Positions 40,393 through 49,964 of a stretch of DNA of 64,000 nucleotides are shown here, piece after piece. The stretch lies in the IMG/VR virus record IMGVR_UViG_3300037067_004081. The stretch is one strand, 5' to 3'. Made by a program: the position numbers and the translations under genes. The notes under the pieces were generated by a model, which searched no databases, was not told where the DNA came from, and saw only the letters and a program-made list of their open reading frames with translations. Numbering within the stretch: the stretch's first letter is position 1; the number at the start of each line of letters is the position of its first letter. Source of the stretch: an uncultured virus (IMG/VR IMGVR_UViG_3300037067_004081) (lineage: Duplodnaviria > Heunggongvirae > Uroviricota > Caudoviricetes).

Positions 40393-40997
40393 GCAAGGTT
40401 GTCTATCTTCTCTGTGATCCAAGGGACAATAGACCCAGATATGTTGGAGTGACAGACAACCTAAAGGAAAGATTCTACAATCACCTTAAAGACAAGGCTA
40501 GAAACCACAGAACAAATTGGATTAAATCTTTATCGAGATTGAATTTGGTTCCTTTTGCTGTCACTCTTGAAAGCGACTGCAAAGGTGACTGGAGGAATTC
40601 AGAGAAGTATTGGATCAGATTGTTTATTGATCTTGGGGCCAATCTTGTTAATGCAACAGAAGGCGGTGATGGTTGTGAAGGATATCATCACAAGAGATCG
40701 GTCAAGCAGTCATTTAGCAAAAGGATGATGGGGAACAAAATTGGTATTGGGAATAAGAACACCCTTGGAAGGAAGCTTTCTGGTGATCATAAAGCAAAAG
40801 TTTCAGCTTCTCTAATAGGGAATCATCGAACACTTGGCAAGAAGCTTCCTCCATTCACCACAGAACACAAATCCAAAATTAGTTTGGGGCAGATGGGTAA
40901 CAAAAGAGCACTAGGTTATGTCAAGTCTGAAGAATCTAAGAATAAGATAAGAGCTGCAAGGCTCAAATATTGGGCAGAAAGAAGGGTAAATGAGTAA
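40389..40997 (+). CDS. Second free-standing GIY-YIG homing endonuclease
   Basis: VYLLCDPRD...YVGVT...RFYNH, EKYWI, NATEGGDG, NUMOD3-like repeats. Confidence 0.85.
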   Translation: MSKVVYLLCDPRDNRPRYVGVTDNLKERFYNHLKDKARNHRTNWIKSLSRLNLVPFAVTLESDCKGDWRNSEKYWIRLFIDLGANLVNATEGGDGCEGYHHKRSVKQSFSKRMMGNKIGIGNKNTLGRKLSGDHKAKVSASLIGNHRTLGKKLPPFTTEHKSKISLGQMGNKRALGYVKSEESKNKIRAARLKYWAERRVNE

Positions 40998-41550
40998 TTT
41001 GAATAGATGGAACTATATCTATGCTGGTGCAAAAAAATCAGCAGATTTTATCAGAACATACGGTAATGATGATGTTACATACAAGAAAGGCTATGAATGG
41101 CTGCAACATTGCAACACCATAGAAGATTGGGGTTGTGGATTTGCATTTTTTTCAAAGCTCTGCAAGCCAAAGCAATACAGAGGGATTGATGGCAGCAATA
41201 CTCCATTTGCTGATGAGCAGGTTGATTTTGCTGTCTACAAATCCAACAAGTATCCTGGCATCTTCATGCGGCATGTCATCGAGCACAATGAAGATTGGGC
41301 TGTGGTCTTGCGCAATGCTCTTGAGAGCTTCCAATACCGAATGTGTCTGGTGTTGTTCACGCCATGGGCTGAAAAGACCTATGATTATGAGCCACCTGAA
41401 AGAGGCTCTGAACATCGTTGCTTCTTTTTCAACCGGCAGGATATACTTGATGTGATCACCAGCATCCCTGGCATCAGTTGGCAGTCTGAAGAGAACATTC
41501 AGACGTGCACCCAATTTGGCGTGGAACATGTTTTCTATTTGGAGAAATAA
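40990..41550 (+). CDS. Class I SAM-dependent methyltransferase
   Basis: IEDWGCG motif I, YRGID, RHVIEH. Confidence 0.75.
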   Translation: MSNLNRWNYIYAGAKKSADFIRTYGNDDVTYKKGYEWLQHCNTIEDWGCGFAFFSKLCKPKQYRGIDGSNTPFADEQVDFAVYKSNKYPGIFMRHVIEHNEDWAVVLRNALESFQYRMCLVLFTPWAEKTYDYEPPERGSEHRCFFFNRQDILDVITSIPGISWQSEENIQTCTQFGVEHVFYLEK

Positions 41551-42372
41551 ATGAACAATGAACTTTGGGGTGTCACAATGGTAGCTGATGAAGAAGATAT
41601 CATGGGCTACAATCTGAGCCATATGTTTGAGCAGGGTGTCGAAAAGATAATTGTTGCAAACAATCTATCAACTGATAACACTGCCAAGGTGCTCGATGAT
41701 ATGGCTTGGAGATATCCAGGCAGGCTGATTGTGCAGCAGGATGATGATCCTGCCCACTATCAAAGCAGGAAGATAACTGCAATGGCTGAATTTGCCTACA
41801 AGCACGGCGCAAGATTCATCATACCATTTGATGCTGATGAGCTGTGGTATGCATTTGATGGCGAGACATTGCATGATGCCATCTGCAGGCACCCCAAGGT
41901 TCAATGTATTGGTGTTCCGATGTGGAATCATTTCTGCACCAGTAAGGATGATGACACAGCCGTCAATCCTTTCAAGAGAATGTTGTGGCGCACAAAAGAA
42001 AGGAATGCTCTGGACAAGATTGCTGTCAGATTCAAGCCTGGGATGATCATTGATGAAGGCAATCACATGGTGAGAGGGATTGATGGCAGATTCTTATCAG
42101 GCGCTGCTGTTGGGTTGGGCATTCGGCACTTCCCATACAGAAGTGCAGAGCATTTTATAAGGAAGGCTGAAAGAGGGGGCAAAGCGCTTGAGCTTGCGAA
42201 GGGTATTCCAGAAACTGTTGGGTTGCATTGGAGGCAATACAGGCAGTCAATCATTGAACACGGCGCTGAGGCTGTCAAGGAGCACTACAAGAGGTGGTTC
42301 ACCGCTGCTGACCCAGAGGCGGAAACCTCAGAGGTGATGTATGACCCAGCTCCATACAAAGGACTGATATGA
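41551..42372 (+). CDS. Glycosyltransferase (GT2_4-like), paralog B
   Basis: DEEDI, NNLSTDNT, IPFDADELW, GNH, HFPYRS. Confidence 0.85.
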   Translation: MNNELWGVTMVADEEDIMGYNLSHMFEQGVEKIIVANNLSTDNTAKVLDDMAWRYPGRLIVQQDDDPAHYQSRKITAMAEFAYKHGARFIIPFDADELWYAFDGETLHDAICRHPKVQCIGVPMWNHFCTSKDDDTAVNPFKRMLWRTKERNALDKIAVRFKPGMIIDEGNHMVRGIDGRFLSGAAVGLGIRHFPYRSAEHFIRKAERGGKALELAKGIPETVGLHWRQYRQSIIEHGAEAVKEHYKRWFTAADPEAETSEVMYDPAPYKGLI

Positions 42373-43028
42373 TGAGCAAATACATGGTGGTTATTCCAAA
42401 CAGATACCCTGATGTGATCGCACCTCTGGTGGATTCAATCAAGAGATGGACAGCAAAACCCTATCCAGTTGTTGTCATAGCCAATGGGCATCAGAATGGG
42501 TATGGGTTTTGGAGGATGGACTATCCACCAATCAACTTTGTTTATGCCAAGGCAGTCAACTATGGCATCAGGCACTATGTAGACAAGGATGTAATCCTGC
42601 TGAATGATGATTGTGTTCTGCTGGAGATGGATTTCTTTGATCAACTTTCTTACTTTGCACATCTTGATCCAAAAGTTGGTATCCTGTCACCTCTTATTAA
42701 AGGTGGTGTTGGAAACAAGTTCCAATATTGGTATGACAGAAACAAACTCTGGTTGCCTGGGCAAGGGTTCAAGGAGATTATAGGAATTGATCCTGTTTGT
42801 TTTCCGTGCGTATATATAAAGAGGCGGATGATCAGTGAGATTGGAGTGCTATCAGAAACAATCCCTGGCTATGGTGGTGAGGATAATGAATATTGCATCA
42901 GAGCCAGGGAACATGGATGGAAAACTGCAGTAACAAGCTACCTGACGGTGCAGCACGGCGATGGTGGACCAGAGTTGGATGACGGATGGGGCAAAACCTG
43001 GTCCAAAAGCTTCGCACGCAATAAATAA
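42369..43028 (+). CDS. Family 2 glycosyltransferase
   Basis: VVIPN, AVNYG, LLNDD, GYGGEDNEYCIRA. Confidence 0.85.
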   Translation: MMSKYMVVIPNRYPDVIAPLVDSIKRWTAKPYPVVVIANGHQNGYGFWRMDYPPINFVYAKAVNYGIRHYVDKDVILLNDDCVLLEMDFFDQLSYFAHLDPKVGILSPLIKGGVGNKFQYWYDRNKLWLPGQGFKEIIGIDPVCFPCVYIKRRMISEIGVLSETIPGYGGEDNEYCIRAREHGWKTAVTSYLTVQHGDGGPELDDGWGKTWSKSFARNK

Positions 43029-43156
43029 TTTTGTTGACTTTTCTGTTTACATAACCAACCAGCCAACTTATTCTCCAAAACAAGTATATAGAACCAACAT
43101 GTCAAGTGATGCTTGACTATTTCCGGTTTCACTGAGGGTGAAACTGAAAGGACAGT

Positions 43157-43984
43157 ATGGGTAAGTTTAAGAAAGGTGTTTTGAAAAAGGATGAATTCGA
43201 AGCTCTCGATGAGACGCTGAGACCATTCTATGTCCCCAATGCAGCTGGTGATCAGTTTGTTCTTGATCTCGATTCAGCTGAGGATCTTCCAAGTGTTGCT
43301 GGCATGCGAAGTGCTCTTGCCAAACAGAAAGAAGAGACAACCAAGCTGAAGAAGGAACTGCAGGAAACCATCGACCGATACAAAGACATTGACCCTGCAA
43401 AAGCCAAAGAAGCTTTCGACAAGCTTCAGAAGCTTGAGGACAAAACTCTGTTGGATGCCGGCAAGATTGATGAGCTGGTTGCTACCAAGACAGAGCGTAT
43501 GAAAGTTGATCACGACAATCAGATCAAAGGCTTTCAAACACAGATTTCTGAAAAGGATAACGCCATTGCTCAAGCCAATCAGCGGCTGGCAAATCTTCAG
43601 ATTGAGACTGGTATCACTCGTGTGCTGACTTCCAAGGTTGGCCAAGAGCTGGGAATCATTCCCCAGGCAATTCCTGATATTATTAGACGTGCTCATGACA
43701 TCTACAAGCTTGATGCCAAGACTGGTGCGATAATTCCATACAGGCCTGATGGTGCAATTTGGTATGGTAAAGATCCCAGCCAGCCCATGGGCATTGATGA
43801 ATGGCTTGGAATGTTGAAGCCCGATTGCCCTCATTATTTTGCTCCATCAGGTGGCGCTGGTGCCGGCAATGATGGCAAGGGTGGTGGCGGCCAGAAGAAG
43901 AAACGGTCAGAGATGAATGCGGCTGAAAAGTCAGCATACATCAAAGAACACGGACAGGACAAATTTTTCGAGCTTCCTGCTTAA
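43157..43984 (+). CDS. Capsid scaffolding protein
   Basis: Coiled coil, HYF..SGGAGAG, KRSEMNAAEKSAYIKEHG; precedes capsid gene. Confidence 0.8.
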   Translation: MGKFKKGVLKKDEFEALDETLRPFYVPNAAGDQFVLDLDSAEDLPSVAGMRSALAKQKEETTKLKKELQETIDRYKDIDPAKAKEAFDKLQKLEDKTLLDAGKIDELVATKTERMKVDHDNQIKGFQTQISEKDNAIAQANQRLANLQIETGITRVLTSKVGQELGIIPQAIPDIIRRAHDIYKLDAKTGAIIPYRPDGAIWYGKDPSQPMGIDEWLGMLKPDCPHYFAPSGGAGAGNDGKGGGGQKKKRSEMNAAEKSAYIKEHGQDKFFELPA

Positions 43985-44030
43985 ACAACACACGTTGCGT
44001 TGTGGGAAGCGCTAACAATAAGGAGTCTAT

Positions 44031-45002
44031 ATGACGGCAGGAACGAAATCAGATTTTGTCATTTACCAGGAAGAGTTTTTTGGTGGGATGACAGAAACAC
44101 TCATGCAGAATACGGATGCATTCAATGGTGCTTCCCGCAATGCAGTAAGAATGGTGCCGGCACGCAAAAAGGGTGACTATGAAAAGGAATCCTTTGTGAA
44201 GGAAGTCGCCGGCTTGATTTCCCGCAGAGATATAACCAGTGTTGAGGATGCTGAAGACCTGAAGCTTGAACAGGATGAGTTCATTGCGGTGAAGTTGAAT
44301 CGCAAGATTGGTCCTGTCACTCAGAGCCGTGATGCATTCAAGAAAATCAGCGCTGATCCTTCCACCTTCAGCTTCATCCTGGGCCAACAGTGGGGTGTTG
44401 CTGTTCTTGTTGACTATCTGAACAGCGCCATTCGTGCTTTGGCAGCTGCTCTTTCTGGTGTCGCCACCAACAGCTTGACGGCATATGCTGGCGCAACCCT
44501 GGTACATACTCACCTTGCTGAATCCTTGGCAAAGATGGGTGACAGCTCTCGCAATGTTGTATGCTGGGTCATGCACTCCAAGCCTTATCATGATTTGGTG
44601 AAACAGTCCATCACTGATAAGATCACCAATGTGGCCGATGTTACCATTCAACAGGGCACAGCAGCAACTCTTGGCAGACCTGCGATTGTTGTGGATAGTC
44701 CTGCGTTGATCATCTCCAGCTCACCGTACACCTATATCACCCTTGGGCTGGTTGCGGATGCGGCTGTTGTTGAGGAATCAGAGAGCAGGGATATTCTGAG
44801 CCAGGACATCACCGGAAAAGAAAACATCCTGATGAGAATCCAGGGCGAATATGCCTTCAACCTGAAGTTGAAAGGATTTGCCTGGGATACCTCAACTGGT
44901 GGCGTCAACCCCACGGATGCCTCTGTGGCAACATCGGGCAACTGGGACAGCGTTGTCAATGATCCCAAGGCGCTTGGTGGCGTGTACCTGGTGACTCTGT
45001 AA
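44031..45002 (+). CDS. Major capsid protein
   Basis: 323 aa after scaffold; WVMHSK, TLGRPAIVVDSP, QGEY...KGFAWD. Confidence 0.85.
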   Translation: MTAGTKSDFVIYQEEFFGGMTETLMQNTDAFNGASRNAVRMVPARKKGDYEKESFVKEVAGLISRRDITSVEDAEDLKLEQDEFIAVKLNRKIGPVTQSRDAFKKISADPSTFSFILGQQWGVAVLVDYLNSAIRALAAALSGVATNSLTAYAGATLVHTHLAESLAKMGDSSRNVVCWVMHSKPYHDLVKQSITDKITNVADVTIQQGTAATLGRPAIVVDSPALIISSSPYTYITLGLVADAAVVEESESRDILSQDITGKENILMRIQGEYAFNLKLKGFAWDTSTGGVNPTDASVATSGNWDSVVNDPKALGGVYLVTL

Positions 45003-45052
45003 TCCCAGATGACTGCTCCAGGCTAACATCAATATAACAATAAGTGCATGCA

Positions 45053-45087
45053 TGGGGCACCGGAGGATTGGTGCCCCAGCATTGTTT
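45053..45087 (+). terminator. Hairpin/terminator after capsid gene
   Basis: TGGGGCACC / GGTGCCCCA followed by TTGTTT. Confidence 0.55.
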
Positions 45088-45098
45088 AAGGAGATTGA

Positions 45099-45536
45099 AT
45101 GATGATGGAAAAGATGAGAAAAACCATTCTGGTGTTTGCGCCGAATGGTGACAGAGCGCTCCAACAGAACATGATTGATTATGTCAAGAGACGTGATCCT
45201 GAAGCCAACATCTTTGTCAGAGCCAATCTTGCTGCTGACAAAAACCAAATCGAAAAGTGTGATGCAATTCTGATTCTTGATAATGACTTCCCCAAGATCG
45301 GTCTGCAGTATGAAACTGCCAAGATTACAGTGTTCAAATACAGGCCTGAAGACTTTGGTAGCACAGATAAGAAGGATGGCAAGCCATTCATCCCTGTACC
45401 AGTCAAAACTGAGGATCTTGGTGCACCAGGAGCAGCAGTGAGTGACCTTGATACATCAACTGGTGCAGAGAAAGCGGCACCGGCTGCGGCAACAAAACGG
45501 ACACCTCCAGGCGCTGCCAAAAAAGGGGCCAAATAA
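45099..45536 (+). CDS. Head-associated hypothetical protein with Pro/Ala/Thr-rich tail
   Basis: AAGGAG RBS; position after capsid gene. Confidence 0.6.
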   Translation: MMMEKMRKTILVFAPNGDRALQQNMIDYVKRRDPEANIFVRANLAADKNQIEKCDAILILDNDFPKIGLQYETAKITVFKYRPEDFGSTDKKDGKPFIPVPVKTEDLGAPGAAVSDLDTSTGAEKAAPAAATKRTPPGAAKKGAK

Positions 45537-45545
45537 GGAGCAATT

Positions 45546-46076
45546 ATGGCAGTCACAATTGATGCAACCGTTGGTGGAGAGAATTCAAACAGCTATCTCA
45601 CCCTTGAGGAAGCTGAAGAATATTTTGCCACACGGATGCCTGCTCCAACAAATTGGGCAGCAACCCCAGTGCCATCCAATGATGACAAATCAAAGGCTCT
45701 GATCACTGCAACTAGGATTATTGATCAGATGGCAGACTGGAAAGGTGAAGTGGCTGCTGATGAACAAGCGCTGCTGTGGCCCAGAGAGGACATGGTTGAT
45801 TTAAAAGGGCTGGACATGGACAACGATGTCATCCCGAATGAACTGAAGTATGCCACTTGTGAATTTGCTGATGCACTTCTTGGCACAGACAAGACAGCAG
45901 ACCTGAGTTCAATGGGACTGAGTGAGTTGGGTGTTGGCTCAATCAAAATCAAGTTCTCTGATAATGCACCTCCAATAAGGAAGGTGTTGCCGGATATCTC
46001 ATGGGACTTTATCAAACGATGGTGTGATCTGCGGTTGGACTCTAATAGAGGTTCAGCAAAGCTTGTAAGAGGATAA
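45546..46076 (+). CDS. Head-tail adaptor (DnaT-like phage family)
   Basis: NSYLTLEEAEEYF, ALITAT, QALLWPR, IP.ELKYATCE. Confidence 0.8.
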   Translation: MAVTIDATVGGENSNSYLTLEEAEEYFATRMPAPTNWAATPVPSNDDKSKALITATRIIDQMADWKGEVAADEQALLWPREDMVDLKGLDMDNDVIPNELKYATCEFADALLGTDKTADLSSMGLSELGVGSIKIKFSDNAPPIRKVLPDISWDFIKRWCDLRLDSNRGSAKLVRG

Positions 46077-46077
46077 C

Positions 46078-46446
46078 ATGGGAATGCTTAAACAGCTTGT
46101 CAACAGTGCTCTGGGAACAGCAAAGAGCATGTTGAATGCAGATCTGCCAACCATCACCTGGGAGCAATGCACAGGCCCAGAGGTTGAAGATGAGAAAAGG
46201 GCTGGCACCAGAACATATGCCAGCCCAATCTCATACAAAGTTGTCATCAATAAGAAAGCAAGATTTGTTCAATCAGAGGATGGTGTGATGGCGGCTGATA
46301 TATCATCCATTCAATTCTTGGATTCAGTTGAAGTAACCACCAGGGACAGGATCACGCTGCCAGATGGATCACAGCCACAAATTATGGTTGTTGAAGGCGC
46401 AAAGGATGCAAACGGAAAGTTCTATGCACCAACGGTGTTATTCTAA
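46078..46446 (+). CDS. Head closure protein (probable)
   Basis: Size and synteny. Confidence 0.55.
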   Translation: MGMLKQLVNSALGTAKSMLNADLPTITWEQCTGPEVEDEKRAGTRTYASPISYKVVINKKARFVQSEDGVMAADISSIQFLDSVEVTTRDRITLPDGSQPQIMVVEGAKDANGKFYAPTVLF

Positions 46447-46952
46447 TGGCCACACTTAATGATGTGCTGCAAAAAGCTTTCAAGGCATGGTATCGAGCTG
46501 CAGCAGAATATACCAAAGGTGTGGTCAAGACAGATTGGCTACATGGACCAAGACCAAGCAAGCTTGGAGTGAAGTCAGGTAATTTGCGCAATAGAGTTGA
46601 TGCAAAGATCCTTCCTGATGGATATGCCATCGGCACCAATGTTGCATATGGTATATATTGGGAAAAGGGCATAAAAGCACACAAGGTAGTGGCCAAGGCA
46701 GGAAAAGTTCTTGCGATACCGATGGGCCTAGCAGCTGGCGTAACAAAGAAAGGTGCTGCTAAAATGGGGATTCTGAAGACAGGCAAGCAGAAAGGCTTGA
46801 TCTTTAGAAAGTCTGTGAACATCCCAGCCCAGGCACCAAGAAAGTGGTTGGAGCCAGGAGTGAGACAAGCAACACCGATGGCAATGCAGATTGGACACCA
46901 GGAGATGCTTCAGGTTGTGAAGTATTTCCCAAACAAGACAGTGGGGCACTGA
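46446..46952 (+). CDS. HK97 gp10-like tail completion protein
   Basis: SGNLR, GTNVAYGIYWEKG, PRKWLEP. Confidence 0.7.
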   Translation: MATLNDVLQKAFKAWYRAAAEYTKGVVKTDWLHGPRPSKLGVKSGNLRNRVDAKILPDGYAIGTNVAYGIYWEKGIKAHKVVAKAGKVLAIPMGLAAGVTKKGAAKMGILKTGKQKGLIFRKSVNIPAQAPRKWLEPGVRQATPMAMQIGHQEMLQVVKYFPNKTVGH

Positions 46953-46953
46953 T

Positions 46954-47394
46954 ATGGGACTGAAATTGGCATTCGAAGCAATCAGAACACAATTGAATGA
47001 TGCGCTGGTGCCAACCACATTCAGTAATCCTATGTCAATGGCACCAAAACATCCCGATTTGGCATTGGAGGATGGTGACACCTTTCCTTATTGGGGCATC
47101 AAATTTGCTGGCTTTGCTCACGACTATGAAGGATCTGATCAGCGTTGGACAAAGCCTTCGCAAAGGCTGGCGCAATTCAACCTTTGGCTTTGTATCAAGC
47201 CCAGTGATGCTGAGTGCTTGTCTGTTGATATGATGACCCTGGTTGAGACGGTTGAAGCTGCTGTTGCTGCAGTTTCAGCAAATAGAGGCAATTCATTCCG
47301 TGTAAGAACCCAATCAGGAGAGGCCGAATTTGATCCAGCTGATCGCTGGGGGATGATAAGGTTGCAACTGGTTGTTGGTGCATACGGCACATAA
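46954..47394 (+). CDS. Tail terminator (probable)
   Basis: Size and synteny before tail tube. Confidence 0.55.
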   Translation: MGLKLAFEAIRTQLNDALVPTTFSNPMSMAPKHPDLALEDGDTFPYWGIKFAGFAHDYEGSDQRWTKPSQRLAQFNLWLCIKPSDAECLSVDMMTLVETVEAAVAAVSANRGNSFRVRTQSGEAEFDPADRWGMIRLQLVVGAYGT

Positions 47395-47433
47395 CTGCTG
47401 GGATAAAATCCAGCTTCAATTATTGGAGAACAT

Positions 47434-48474
47434 ATGAGAGGCATAGACCTTGAAGTTGCATTTAGCCTGAATAAGCAGAGCGCAATTGGAACAGCTATCG
47501 CAGCTGCATCCATTGACCGTGTGCTGCCATACACCGGATTTGCGCCTGTTGTAGGTGAGCATCCTGATTCCAACAGTGATAAGGATTACTATGGCAAAGG
47601 GCATTCGTTTGCCACCAGATGGAATCCTATCACCAAGCGCTTTGTAATTGGCAGTCGTGAGTTTGATCTGTCCAATCTTTCGGCGCTGTTTGCTCCTGCA
47701 TTCGTGATGGGTGATCTGACCACAACCAATCCATCAACGGCGGCACCAACCGTATATGATCACAAGTTTGTGTTCCAAGATCCTTCTACCAATGAAGAGT
47801 GCCTGTACACTTCTCTCATTGAAAAGCTGGCTGGTGTGGAACAGAACCTGATCAGTGGTGCGGTGATTGAACAGTTCACTCTCACCGGATCATTGAAAGA
47901 CCATGTCAAGATTGGGTGGCAGGGTTTTGCGCGGCAGATGGTTGCCAATGCGGCTGCAATGCCGGCATTGTCCGCTGAATCAAGCTTCTTCACTACTCTT
48001 GGTGGGACATTCACATTCGGCGCAACCGGCGCTGCTATTGATATCTCCACAAAGCTGACTCAGTGGAACATGACCTTCAACCAAAATCCTTCACCATGGT
48101 TCCTGCCTGGCAATCCGGCTGGTCAAAAGGATCTGCTCACCAAAGCCAAGGTTGGGAAACAGTCTGTGTCTGGTCAGATTGTTGTGTTGTTCGAAAGCAC
48201 AGCACAGCGCACTCTGTTCAGAAACAACACCGAATGCACGCTGAGCATTGTGCTGTTGGGCTCACAGATCGGAACCACCGGATTGTATTACACCATAACA
48301 CTCACCATTCCTCACCTGAAGATTCCATCTGAGTCTTTTGCAGAGGAACAAGAGCAAGCAACGCTCACCATTCCTTTCACAGAGCAGTCTGTGCTGAAGG
48401 CCACCGGCGATGACTATGTTTCAATGACGGTGCGTTGTGATGAGGATGACACCAAACTTCTGGTGGCGGCATAA
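47434..48474 (+). CDS. Major tail tube protein
   Basis: Beta-rich 346 aa; VYDHKF, TLTIPHLK; upstream of chaperone and tape measure. Confidence 0.75.
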   Translation: MRGIDLEVAFSLNKQSAIGTAIAAASIDRVLPYTGFAPVVGEHPDSNSDKDYYGKGHSFATRWNPITKRFVIGSREFDLSNLSALFAPAFVMGDLTTTNPSTAAPTVYDHKFVFQDPSTNEECLYTSLIEKLAGVEQNLISGAVIEQFTLTGSLKDHVKIGWQGFARQMVANAAAMPALSAESSFFTTLGGTFTFGATGAAIDISTKLTQWNMTFNQNPSPWFLPGNPAGQKDLLTKAKVGKQSVSGQIVVLFESTAQRTLFRNNTECTLSIVLLGSQIGTTGLYYTITLTIPHLKIPSESFAEEQEQATLTIPFTEQSVLKATGDDYVSMTVRCDEDDTKLLVAA

Positions 48475-48486
48475 AAGGAGTCTGAT

Positions 48487-49140
48487 ATGATCGGTGTGGC
48501 AAGGCCAACACGTGGTGTCGAATTTGCTGAATCTGCCCAGTCAATCGAACGGAATTTGGCAGGATTCCAATATGTAACAGAGAGAAGCTGGGACAAGAGC
48601 ATTCCTGATTGCTTCAATGATGTTACATCTGCGCTGTTGGCCCAGCCCACTGATCTTATCTGGTTTGTGGAGGAAGATGTTGTTGTACCTCCAGGCGCAT
48701 TTGCTCTGCTCCTGAATGAAATCAATAATGGGGCAGATATTGCTGTTGTCAATTACTTCCTGAAGAAACAGGAAGGTGTGTTGTCAGTAAAGAAGGATGA
48801 AGATGACAACATTCTCTGGGTTTCTCTGGGGTGCACCCTGGTCAAGGCTTCTGTATTCAGCAAGATTGAATACCCTTGGTTCAGGATTGGATACACAGGA
48901 GCACAGAGACATTGTGGAAGTTCCTGCATCAAGAGGACATGGCACCTGGTCAAGAATGACTATCCATACGGTGGCCAGGACTGCTATTTCAGCTGGAAAG
49001 CCAGAGAAGCAGGATGCAAGATTGTATCGGTGGATGCTGTTGTGGCAGATCACTTAATCATTGAAGAGTTGGGGATGCCTGATAATAATGTTGGGTGTCA
49101 TAAAATCAAACGTGTTAAAAGAATAAGGGGAAGCAAATAA
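48487..49140 (+). CDS. GT-A/GT2-like glycosyltransferase inside the tail module
   Basis: IWFVEEDVVVPPG, SLGCTLVKASVF, PWF, GGQDCYF. Confidence 0.75.
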   Translation: MIGVARPTRGVEFAESAQSIERNLAGFQYVTERSWDKSIPDCFNDVTSALLAQPTDLIWFVEEDVVVPPGAFALLLNEINNGADIAVVNYFLKKQEGVLSVKKDEDDNILWVSLGCTLVKASVFSKIEYPWFRIGYTGAQRHCGSSCIKRTWHLVKNDYPYGGQDCYFSWKAREAGCKIVSVDAVVADHLIIEELGMPDNNVGCHKIKRVKRIRGSK

Positions 49141-49142
49141 TT

Positions 49143-49964
49143 ATGAATAACACTGAATCAACCGCCAAGACAATTGTTGACAGCGGAATGCTTTACAACT
49201 TGGATGCAGAATTCTTGGACTTCCAATTTCGTCTGCGCCATGACAAGCTATCTTCTCCACTGGTCATTGATGTGCGCATGAAGCCTTATGACAACCGCGA
49301 TATGATCCTGATGTTGCGGGAAAGAACAGGCATGATGCAGGCCGCAAAAGATGAGATGGATGCATGGGACATCAAAGAAGGAAAGCCCACTGCTGCACAT
49401 GATCTGTTCGAGAAATACAATGTGCAGGTAAAGGCCATGGGCAAAGTTCTGACTGAAGCCCAGATTGCCCAGTTGGATGCTCGATATGGCATCAAGGATA
49501 TTGTGGTTGATCAAGGATACAATGGCATCACCCGTTGCATTCCTGAATATGAAGTGGAAGAGGATAAGCTTGACATTGATGCTCTTCTTGGAGATGCTTC
49601 TATCAACCTCAGCTTTTCGCTGGTTGATCCAAAAGATGGCATCGAGAAATCTATCATCATACCTCAGAACTTCACACCACCGAGTGCCATGGACTCCATC
49701 AACTGGAACCGCGCACAGAGACAGCAAGGCTTGCGGCAGGGCGCTATGAGAGTGATCTATGATCATGAATCTCTCAACACACTCTACAACAAGCTGATCC
49801 GTGACAGCTATCAGGACAACAAAGGAATGGTGCTTGAAGGCAGCATCCCTTGTGTTGCTGATAATAAGGAAGATTGGAAAAACAAAGTTCCTTATCTCAT
49901 CAAAAGGGCTGGGCTCAGTTTCCTCTTCAGCAGAGCTGAGAGGGCTGTAAGGGGAAACGGATAA
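49143..49964 (+). CDS. Tail assembly chaperone (gpG-like)
   Basis: Upstream of tape measure; ends at slippery G GGA AAC. Confidence 0.75.
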   Translation: MNNTESTAKTIVDSGMLYNLDAEFLDFQFRLRHDKLSSPLVIDVRMKPYDNRDMILMLRERTGMMQAAKDEMDAWDIKEGKPTAAHDLFEKYNVQVKAMGKVLTEAQIAQLDARYGIKDIVVDQGYNGITRCIPEYEVEEDKLDIDALLGDASINLSFSLVDPKDGIEKSIIIPQNFTPPSAMDSINWNRAQRQQGLRQGAMRVIYDHESLNTLYNKLIRDSYQDNKGMVLEGSIPCVADNKEDWKNKVPYLIKRAGLSFLFSRAERAVRGNG

